Shown in pieces: positions 56,911 through 64,000 of a stretch of 64,000 nucleotides of DNA (its first letter is position 1; every line of letters begins with the position of its first letter). Where the stretch lies: contig CAYFHS010000001.1 of the NCBI GenBank assembly GCA_964342815.1, forward strand, positions 32,001-96,000. The letters are read 5' to 3'. This DNA is from an uncultured archaeon (GTDB lineage: Archaea > Thermoplasmatota > Penumbrarchaeia > JASLWR01). The notes below the pieces were generated by a model. The model worked only from the letters and a program-made list of their open reading frames with translations, was not told the DNA's origin and made no database searches. Made by a program: the position numbers and the translations under genes.

Positions 56911-57570
56911 ATGGCGAACAAGACCATAGGTGTGATAGAGACCGAGGGACTGCTCGATGCGTTCCTGGCGAGCGATGCAATGATCAAAGGGGCAAACGTG
57001 GAATTGACCGCAAGATATCTTCTTGGGGGGGGTGTGGTGACCCTTGTCATTTCCGGTGCTCCCGCGGCTGTAAAATCAGCTATTGATATTACTGAAAAGG
57101 ATTTTATAAATAAGAATATCCGAACTGCCATCATACCGAACATTTCCGGCAAGGTGGCGGAAATCATGCTCTCCACCGGAGAATCGCCGAAGAAACATCC
57201 CTCAAGCCGTGGCGGGATACTTAAAAAACGCGAACGTGAACCGTCAGCAGCACCCAGGGCTGCCCCGGGTCGAGGCAGCAGCGTACCATCCATATTCGAT
57301 ACGAATCTTGGATCGGATGACCATCTCGAAAGTTCATACAAGAAAAGACGCGCTACCGTTGAATCGGAAAAGGACATCAAAAAACGGCAGGCTCTGATAA
57401 TCCAGTATCTGGTGGCCAACAGGCACAACAAGGTATCCATAAGCAATATGGAAAAGGTGATACCAAATGCTTCGAAGGTCACTCTGAGGCGGGACCTGCA
57501 CGAACTGATCGACCAGGGAAAGATCGAGAAGGTGGGTCGGGGCAGGGCCACACATTACAAGATACGCTGA
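56911..57570 (+). CDS. BMC hexamer shell protein fused to a C-terminal winged-helix (DeoR-like) domain
   Basis: IGVIETEGLLDAFLASDAMIKGANVEL...GGGVVTLVISG.PAAVKSA; basic linker; RQALIIQYL...TLRRDLHELIDQGKIEKVGRGRATHY. GAGGTGA SD before ATG 56911. Confidence 0.92.
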   Translation: MANKTIGVIETEGLLDAFLASDAMIKGANVELTARYLLGGGVVTLVISGAPAAVKSAIDITEKDFINKNIRTAIIPNISGKVAEIMLSTGESPKKHPSSRGGILKKREREPSAAPRAAPGRGSSVPSIFDTNLGSDDHLESSYKKRRATVESEKDIKKRQALIIQYLVANRHNKVSISNMEKVIPNASKVTLRRDLHELIDQGKIEKVGRGRATHYKIR

Positions 57571-58668
57571 TCAAAGGCATCTTTCGGCTTTGGTTAGTAC
57601 CACGGGCGAGCCGTCCTCGATCAATATGTCGTCTTCTATTCTGACACCGCCCTTGCCGGGAATATAAATACCCGGTTCAACGGTAAAAACGTGGCCGTTC
57701 TCCATTTTCTTCTTCATATCGAATCTTATACCGTTGGGGGCCTCGTGAACTTCCAGGCCGATACCGTGTCCGGTGGAATGGACAAAGTGTTTACGAAGGT
57801 CCTTTTGGGCGAACAGGTCCCGTATTGATTTGTCGATGACGCCGTAGGGTTCTCCCTTCTTCGCGAGAGCGATCCCATTTTGCTGTCCCTCGAGGACCAG
57901 ATCATAAACCTCTTTCATCTCCCTGCTCGCTTCACCCACTGATATGGTACGCGTACAATCGCTGCAGTAGCCGTTCACGTAAACACCAAAATCGATTATG
58001 ACCAGGTCGCCCTTTCGCAATTTCCGGTCCGTGACGTCATGATGGGAAAAAGCCGATTTCGGCCCGCCTGCCACGATTGTCTCGAAGGAAGTTGTCTGAA
58101 CTCGCGGGTCCTTCCGCAAAAGAGAATTCAGTTCTCTTGCAACATGGCGCTCGGTGACTCCAGGCACCGCCATCTCCCTCAATTCTTCGGCCGCCGTGTC
58201 GGTGATCTTGGTTGCATACTTTATGTAGCCGATCTCGTCTGCGTTCTTTTTAATTCTCATCTCTTCTACGAATCCCGACGTTTCCTGTTTTACTAGACGG
58301 GTGGAAACCCTGGTGTCGGAAACGGCGGTTTTCCACTTCTGCTTCCTGATGAGGTCCTTCAGAACGGCAAGACCTGTCTTCCCGTCCGAGCGTATCCCCG
58401 GGTATGGGGAAAATATCTTCAGTTCATCAACCTCGGCCTCCTCCATTGCGCGGAACTGCTCCAGTGATGAAGTTATTCCGTACATATGTCCGGTCCTGTC
58501 AACAATAACATGGTTCAGGAGCGGAAATGAGGGTATGTGGGCACAGGATAGATATCTCACGTTGCCGGGATTTGTCGCGATAAAAATATCTTTGTCCTTT
58601 TCTTCCAGGTGGTTCTGGATTTTCTGCCAGCGTTCTTCGTAGACCTTCCTTGCTATCTGCTCGTTCAT
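57571..58668 (-). CDS. Xaa-Pro aminopeptidase / prolidase, M24 family
   Basis: IDFGVYVNGYCSDCTRT, HSTGHGIGLEVHE, TVEPGIY, GVRIEDD; start moved to ATG 58668. Confidence 0.92.
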   Translation of the reverse strand: MNEQIARKVYEERWQKIQNHLEEKDKDIFIATNPGNVRYLSCAHIPSFPLLNHVIVDRTGHMYGITSSLEQFRAMEEAEVDELKIFSPYPGIRSDGKTGLAVLKDLIRKQKWKTAVSDTRVSTRLVKQETSGFVEEMRIKKNADEIGYIKYATKITDTAAEELREMAVPGVTERHVARELNSLLRKDPRVQTTSFETIVAGGPKSAFSHHDVTDRKLRKGDLVIIDFGVYVNGYCSDCTRTISVGEASREMKEVYDLVLEGQQNGIALAKKGEPYGVIDKSIRDLFAQKDLRKHFVHSTGHGIGLEVHEAPNGIRFDMKKKMENGHVFTVEPGIYIPGKGGVRIEDDILIEDGSPVVLTKAERCL

Positions 58669-58730
58669 AGAAACACCCATCAATCTAAAAATCCCCTGAA
58701 CCCCCCTGTGGATTACTTCTAAAGTCACCA

Positions 58731-58875
58731 CTTGACAAGTATGACACGCCCTTAGGTATACTTGCCGAGGGCGCCCATTGCATTCCGTTGGATTGGAAAT
58801 CCAACTGCGCCCTTGTCAAGTATGACTACAGGCCCAGCAACGCCTGAACGGTGTTGCGTAACGAAGTGCGCGCCA
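58731..58875 (-). other. Structured leader/sRNA candidate with two CTTGWCAAGTATGAC copies
   Basis: 15-nt repeats at 58731-58745 and 58812-58826; nested stems agggcgc/gcgccct, gttggat/atccaac, gcaac/gttgc. Confidence 0.4.
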
Positions 58876-58949
58876 TCAGGTGTTTCTTTAGATATTAATT
58901 GGGATATGAATCACCCACAGAATCTGTGGCTTGAAAAGTTAGCGGTGGA

Positions 58950-59108
58950 TTATTTGACCCAGTTAAACCCTCTTCTCTTGGCGGAACTGCCGAAACCGCA
59001 TGACGCGCATTCCTTCTTCCTTGCGTGATAGGAATGATTCCCGCATCTTCTGCAGGATATATGGGTCTTTTTGTTCCTCTTGCCGTACGAGGGCGTTCCC
59101 TTTGACAT
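58950..59108 (-). CDS. rpl37e: 50S ribosomal protein L37e
   Basis: Too short for the ORF track; manual translation [52 protein letters not shown]. Confidence 0.97.
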   Translation of the reverse strand: MSKGTPSYGKRNKKTHISCRRCGNHSYHARKKECASCGFGSSAKRRGFNWVK

Positions 59109-59140
59109 AATTATGACCTCAATTATTTAACGTAGATTCA

Positions 59141-59359
59141 TCAGGGAGAGATGTAGACCACATTGTCCCCCCGGACGATCACCAGCTCCAGTTTTCTCAT
59201 GACCTCGTTGTCATGGATCTCCTCCGCCGTCTTCAGCACGAGATTCATGTGGGGATCGTAGCCCACCAGCACGCCGCGGTATTCGCGTTTGTTCCTCAGT
59301 TCCACTATCACCCTGTTTCCGATGCTCTTGTTCAGTATGTATAGTGGTCTATCGGGTAT
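59141..59359 (-). CDS. Sm-like archaeal protein (LSm/SmAP); probable ATA start
   Basis: RPLYIL...GVLVGYDPHMNLVL...VIVRGDNVVYISP; conserved linkage to rpl37e; GGAGG + 7 nt + ATA at 59359. Confidence 0.93.
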   Translation of the reverse strand: MPDRPLYILNKSIGNRVIVELRNKREYRGVLVGYDPHMNLVLKTAEEIHDNEVMRKLELVIVRGDNVVYISP

Positions 59360-59401
59360 GCTGATGCCTCCTGATTCGAGCGGGCACAATAACTGCATCG
59401 A

Positions 59402-59418
59402 TACTTAAATGTTTTTTC
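59402..59418 (-). promoter_or_regulatory. BRE/TATA promoter of the LSm-rpl37e operon
   Basis: The minus strand reads gaaaaaacaTTTAAGTA, about 45 nt upstream of the proposed ATA. Confidence 0.6.
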
Positions 59419-59599
59419 GAAATCAGCGCTTGAGAGCACTTATGTCCGCGCAGTGTCAGACGTAACAAATTTCGATATTAAGTTTCACGACAAATGTCCA
59501 CCATCATATTGATCGATTTTACTCAGTTATTTCCATTATATCTTGTGAACCACACCGAGATAGAACTGATAAGAAGTTTGCTTTTTATTCTTCGTCAAA

Positions 59600-59711
59600 T
59601 GTAGTATTTACTACACTTATCTTCGCCCATTTAATGATGTTACTACACTAATTTTCTAATTTTTAATGACATTACTACATCAATTTTTCATTTTTTAGTG
59701 ACATTACTACA
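59600..59711. repeat. Four TACTACA-anchored units at exact 32-bp period; the first is a perfect palindrome
   Basis: TACTACA at 59609, 59641, 59673 and 59705; TGTAGTA-TT-TACTACA at 59600-59615. Confidence 0.8.
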
Positions 59712-59736
59712 GAAGTTCCCAAATATCATCATAAGA

Positions 59737-61041
59737 TCAATCGGCACCCATCCGGTCAAAAAAGTCCATGGCCTCGCCCACCAGATATACCGAGCCGCAT
59801 ACCAGTATCATATCCTTCACTCCAGCGATTTTCAACGCCACAGACAAAGCCCTCTCCGTATTATCGACCTGTGTACTTTCACGCGTTGTCATCCCGGCCA
59901 ATACCTCAGCTAGTACAGCTCGTTCCACCTGGGTTTTGGTAAATATAATCGTATCCGCAACCGGCACTATCATATCAATTAATTTTCGGACATCCTTCTC
60001 CTCGCATACTCCGAATACCAGATGTAATCTATCGTAACTGTAGCTCTCCAGCCCCCGGATGAGCTGTTCCATAGCGTTGGGATTGTGCGCGCAATCGGCC
60101 AGTACCAATGGTTTCTCGTGAAGAATATCCATTCTTCCGGGCCACCTGCACCTCGCCAATCCCTCCCGAATGTCGTTTTTGGAAATTTTGTAACCCTTAC
60201 GAACCAATTCTTCCGCCGCCAAGACAGCCAGCGCCCCGTTCTCGGCCTGGAATTCGCCTGCAAATGGTACTGTCAGTTTTTCATATTCTAATTGCCGGGT
60301 CGTAAACGAGAATACGGTTTCCCCCGGGCCGGACCTGATGACCCTTATATCGGATGGCGTAATGCCTTCGAACGACGCATTTTTATCGTTCGTTACTTCC
60401 CCGATCAATCGGAGGACATCCGGTAGATTGCAGCTCACGCAGACTCCCCCCGAAGGAACCGCGCCCGCCTTATCCTTTATAATCCCCTCAATACTGTCAC
60501 CCAGCTTGTCCGCGTGGTCCATGGCGATCCTCGTTATTACGACGATAATTCCTTCTGTCACCTGTGTTCCGTCGCTTTTACCACCTATACCTGCTTCGAG
60601 AATGGTGAGATCAATATTTTGTAGTCGAAAATATTCCAGCGCCATGGCCGTCGTTACCTCGAAATATGTCGGCCCTCCCATTTCGGGGTCCTGCTTCATT
60701 CTCTCTATCAAGGGACGGATATTTTCGTAAAGCGCCACTACCTCGTCGCGGGATATCTCGGCTCCATCTATCCTGATGCGTTCTGTGAACTCCTGGAGAT
60801 GGGGTGACGTGTTCATGCCGACCCTGTAACCCGCTTCCACAAGAATGGAGGAAAGCATGGCCGAAACCGATCCCTTCCCGTTGGTACCCACTATTCTTAT
60901 TATTTTTTGGTCTCTGTGAGGATTTCCTAAAAGCTCAAGAAGTCGCGTGATCTTTTTCAGACCTTCCTTAACGGTGTAAAAACGCAGATCGAAAATTTGC
61001 TCAACGGCTTCCCGGTATCCAGCGGTATCTCCCACGCCCAT
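59737..61041 (-). CDS. folC: Folylpolyglutamate synthase / dihydrofolate synthase
   Basis: IVGTNGKGS, TSPHL..F.ERI, TYFE..T, LEAGIGG, WPGRM, DCAHNP, CGSVYLVG. Confidence 0.92.
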   Translation of the reverse strand: MGVGDTAGYREAVEQIFDLRFYTVKEGLKKITRLLELLGNPHRDQKIIRIVGTNGKGSVSAMLSSILVEAGYRVGMNTSPHLQEFTERIRIDGAEISRDEVVALYENIRPLIERMKQDPEMGGPTYFEVTTAMALEYFRLQNIDLTILEAGIGGKSDGTQVTEGIIVVITRIAMDHADKLGDSIEGIIKDKAGAVPSGGVCVSCNLPDVLRLIGEVTNDKNASFEGITPSDIRVIRSGPGETVFSFTTRQLEYEKLTVPFAGEFQAENGALAVLAAEELVRKGYKISKNDIREGLARCRWPGRMDILHEKPLVLADCAHNPNAMEQLIRGLESYSYDRLHLVFGVCEEKDVRKLIDMIVPVADTIIFTKTQVERAVLAEVLAGMTTRESTQVDNTERALSVALKIAGVKDMILVCGSVYLVGEAMDFFDRMGAD

Positions 61042-61053
61042 ACCTCATTTTTT

Positions 61054-61860
61054 TTACTGCGGAAACTCGCCCGGGACCAGCTTTTCCAAAATATTTTCAA
61101 CAGCTTCAATGATGGGCTGATTTCCTTTGGTCCCGAAAAGGGAAATACCCTTAAGGTCAGATTCCATGGCTTTTTCTGAATATGGGATCGATCCGATCAT
61201 ATCGATACCAAGGTCTTTAAGGCGTCTTCCGATCTCCTCGTCATGGGATCGTCCCCGGCTTTTATTCAGAACCGCCACAATTCGGGGGAGGCCAAGGTCC
61301 TTAGCCAGTTTTTTTATTCTTGATGCTGTCTCAACCGACCTCTGTCCCGGCTCCACCACTATGAGCAGAACATCGATGTTACGCGTCGTACCCCTTCCCA
61401 GGTGCTCCACCCCTGCCTCCATATCCATTATAAGGATCTCTTCCTTTCTAACGAGATGACTCAACAGACGTCTTAATAGTGCCGATTCGGGACAGAAACA
61501 CCCCCCTCCACCGGTCTGTATGGTGCCAAGTACTATAAGGGTGACGTTATCCTTTCCCTTCACCCCGTATTTTCCCAGAAGATCATCCACCTCCGGATTG
61601 ATCTTGTATATCTTACCCTGGCTTTCCCCCGGCCTTACGCCGGTTCTTTCCGCCACCAGATCATATAAATGGCATAAAGGTACGATTTTTTTTCGCTCCT
61701 CCTCAGAAATACCCAGAGAAAGAGCGAGATTCGGGGAAGGATCGCAATCGACCAATACCACTTTCTTTCCGGAGCGTCCCATGAGTCTTGCCATGGTGCT
61801 CGCAAGAGTCGTTTTCCCCACTCCGCCTTTTCCGGACACGGCGATCTTAATGGAGCCCAA
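61054..61860 (-). CDS. cooC: CooC-type nickel-insertion ATPase
   Basis: IAVSGKGGVGKTT, DCDPSPNL, GGGCFCPES (CxC Ni site), DMEAGVEHLGRGT. Confidence 0.88.
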   Translation of the reverse strand: MGSIKIAVSGKGGVGKTTLASTMARLMGRSGKKVVLVDCDPSPNLALSLGISEEERKKIVPLCHLYDLVAERTGVRPGESQGKIYKINPEVDDLLGKYGVKGKDNVTLIVLGTIQTGGGGCFCPESALLRRLLSHLVRKEEILIMDMEAGVEHLGRGTTRNIDVLLIVVEPGQRSVETASRIKKLAKDLGLPRIVAVLNKSRGRSHDEEIGRRLKDLGIDMIGSIPYSEKAMESDLKGISLFGTKGNQPIIEAVENILEKLVPGEFPQ

Positions 61861-62052
61861 TCAGATTTCCTCCAGTATCAATTCATGGTCCATGAGATTT
61901 GCCTCGGTAATCTTCACATTATCGACAGTTCTGGTCTCGCCCAGAATGTCCATTAGCGTTACACTCCCGTGGGAGAATTTAATTTTTGCAACATCTTCCA
62001 TTATTATCTCTTTTATACCGTTCCTGATAAGCACTACTGTTGATTCGCACAT
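61861..62052 (-). CDS. cooT: CooT family nickel-binding protein
   Basis: MCESTV...IMEDV...DILGE...NLMDHELIL; Cys2 and a distal His; abuts cooC. Confidence 0.8.
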   Translation of the reverse strand: MCESTVVLIRNGIKEIIMEDVAKIKFSHGSVTLMDILGETRTVDNVKITEANLMDHELILEEI

Positions 62053-62313
62053 CATTATCACCCAAATCGGTATGTTAAACACCTCCTGTAATTTATTTCT
62101 TATTCGAACTATTACGGATTTATTTTAAAAAAATCGTCCAAATGTGTATTCTACGTTCTTATCTCGATAAAAAACCCGTCAATCCGGCTGTTACAAAGAC
62201 CTATTTTAGAGAGTACCACCCAAAAAGATATATCCAATCGACATTAATTCCATGCATAATCATTAAGCGGTATGATCCCAAGATCAATATCATCAGCAAA
62301 GGAGAAACGTTCC

Positions 62314-63660
62314 ATGCTCCCTCATGATCCGTTCAGGCTTTCTTTGACTACAAGAGATATTGAGAGATTCAGAAATGGATTGGATGCTCTTGAATATTCT
62401 CGATTCAAGGCGAAAGAGCGCGAAATACTTGTTATAAGGTCGCCTTCTCTAAAAGTCAGCCTGGTGGAAGACCTGGAGCTGATGGTTGAGATGATAGATA
62501 TCGAGGATGCACTGGGACTTGATGAAGCGTACCTTATCGGGGATGAGGACTATGAGCCGGTAGCTCCGGAGATATTGACGAACATTGCAAGTGCACGGCT
62601 GCGTATCGAAAAGGGATATCTTGAAAAATACGGGCCGATACTGCTAAAAGAATACAGTTCAAAAGAATTCATAGATCCCAAAGATCCACTGGAATTGTTG
62701 AGATTGATCGTTCGGGTTCCCTTGAAGGAGAGCGAATACATATCCACCCCTCTCGCGGAGATAATCTCCCATGTCTATATCCCAAACGATATAAGTATAG
62801 TTTTTCTCATGCTCGAGGATTCCTACAGACGGATCATCAAGGATGATATTGTCGCGGCAAAGGCTGAAAAAGAAAGACCGAAACGCAAAGCGAAGATAGA
62901 ATCACTACCGGAATCGTTGAGCCCTAAGGAATGGGACGAAGAGGCGTGGTTATTGAACGAACTTGCGAGGATTGGTCTTCCCCAGGGATCTGAAGTCGTT
63001 CAATCACATAAAAAAGTTATAGGTGACGAAAGCCCTGCAGATATAGACGGCCATTTCCCGGAAGGGTCGATAAAAACGGGCGAAATTCTGGCCCTGCCTG
63101 CCCCCAAAGGCAAAATGGATAATATGCCAGAACCCGGCGGAATTGATCGCAATGATGTTTCCTCATTTCCAAAATACACTCACAAGGAGTCACGCGGTAA
63201 AGATACCCCTGAGGCATTTATTGATAACATCTTCCGAAATCAAGGTGAAAAACAGGAGATAGTTGAAACTTTCCCTGTTGCCGCCCACCCAAGCTCGGAC
63301 AAAGGAAGAACCGGAAAGCAGTTTCCGGAAAATACCCTGGACAAATACGCCAGTATCATGGAAAAGCTGAAAATGGATGGGATCCAGTTTCATGAAGTGG
63401 AAGGTATTGAAAAAACCATTCTTATACAGCGGAATGACCGGACGAGAATTCTTGCAACTTACACGAAAAAATGTGAGATCGAGGATATGGTCGCTCTCGA
63501 AAAGAACGTTGCTGAGAAAGACGCAGACCTTGGATTGATGATTTCATTAGAATTTTCCTATGACTCGAAACTGTTCGTGGTAGGACGGGATCTGGATCTT
63601 TTAAAATGGGATGTGTTCTTAAACGACGGGCTTGTAGTTGAACCCTCTTGGTTCTATTGA
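62314..63660 (+). CDS. Hypothetical protein with possible degenerate Mrr-like restriction-endonuclease fold at the C-terminus
   Basis: Start moved to ATG 62314 (GGAG SD); C-terminal DLGLMISLEFSYDSKLFVVGRDLDLLKW is reminiscent of the end of Mrr_cat. Confidence 0.6.
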   Translation: MLPHDPFRLSLTTRDIERFRNGLDALEYSRFKAKEREILVIRSPSLKVSLVEDLELMVEMIDIEDALGLDEAYLIGDEDYEPVAPEILTNIASARLRIEKGYLEKYGPILLKEYSSKEFIDPKDPLELLRLIVRVPLKESEYISTPLAEIISHVYIPNDISIVFLMLEDSYRRIIKDDIVAAKAEKERPKRKAKIESLPESLSPKEWDEEAWLLNELARIGLPQGSEVVQSHKKVIGDESPADIDGHFPEGSIKTGEILALPAPKGKMDNMPEPGGIDRNDVSSFPKYTHKESRGKDTPEAFIDNIFRNQGEKQEIVETFPVAAHPSSDKGRTGKQFPENTLDKYASIMEKLKMDGIQFHEVEGIEKTILIQRNDRTRILATYTKKCEIEDMVALEKNVAEKDADLGLMISLEFSYDSKLFVVGRDLDLLKWDVFLNDGLVVEPSWFY

Positions 63661-63678
63661 TCGGGGGAGAACGTTCAT

Positions 63679-64000
63679 ATGTATCTCAAAAGCAACTGCA
63701 GACCGCTTGATGCGCTTCTAGGGGGCGGTATAGAGAAAGGGACCATAACCGAGTTCTTCGGGGCAGGGGGCAGCGGAAAGACAAATATCTGTCTGATGTT
63801 CGCAAAACAATGCGTCCTAGAGGGCAAAAAAGTGATCTATATCGATACGGAGGGTGTCTCCCCTATTCGTATGAAGCAGGTATTCGGCGAGGAAGTTGAA
63901 CGGATTACCGGCGACATCCTGATGTTCAAGCCCTACTCGCTGGAGGAACAGGTTGATTCTCTCATAAAGGTCAAGAACCTCGTAAAAAACCTCAACGTCG
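63679..64000 (+). CDS. radB: DNA repair and recombination protein RadB (partial, runs off the window)
   Basis: Manual translation MYLKSNCRPLDALLGGGIEKGTITEFFGAGGSGKTNICL...KKVIYIDTEGVSP. Confidence 0.9.
   Translation, partial: MYLKSNCRPLDALLGGGIEKGTITEFFGAGGSGKTNICLMFAKQCVLEGKKVIYIDTEGVSPIRMKQVFGEEVERITGDILMFKPYSLEEQVDSLIKVKNLVKNLNV

Noticed and set aside
55862-57570. BMC genes as bacterial contamination or a chimeric contig
   Set aside because: Continuous, well-formed gene order into rpl37e/LSm, archaeal-style SD and no visible junction; still needs read-level confirmation.
58762-59028. 88-aa + strand ORF
   Set aside because: It overlaps rpl37e antisense and the structured element, and has no recognisable protein features.
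59600-59711. Mini CRISPR array
   Set aside because: The unit is only 32 bp in total, the putative spacers resemble each other, and no cas genes are present.
61054-61860. ParA/McdA-like BMC positioning ATPase
   Set aside because: The GGGCFCPES and DMEAGVEHLGRGT motifs and the adjacent cooT identify it as CooC, not a partition ATPase.

Overview
Archaeal chromosomal segment, most likely Thermoplasmatota (inferred from rpl37e, LSm, radB, DUF357, methanogen-type SerRS, GGAGG/GAGGTG Shine-Dalgarno sites and TATA-like promoters). The left two thirds is dominated by very large secreted, C-terminally anchored surface proteins: three FG-GAP/VCBS propeller proteins, a VWA protein, a DUF4091 glycoside-hydrolase-like protein and a 1.9 kaa gingipain-type C25 protease. 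These are interspersed with two AAA_14/DUF4143 ATPases and two RND/MMPL transporters. Two gene sets are unexpected for this host. (1) A three-gene bacterial microcompartment shell cluster at 55.9-57.6 kb: EutN/CcmL pentamer, tandem BMC protein, and a BMC hexamer fused to a winged helix. It has no adjacent cargo enzymes and lies within about 1.4-2 kb of core archaeal genes. (2) An isolated contractile-tail baseplate wedge operon (gp25, baseplate J, gpI/gp7-like) at 22.7-25.8 kb with no sheath, tube, spike or capsid genes. Also seen: three genes that appear to start at ATA behind correctly spaced SD sites, an array with exact 32-bp phasing, and several highly structured intergenic elements, one of them attC-like. 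No rRNA, tRNA or CRISPR array was detected. All family calls are from motif recognition by eye, not database searches.
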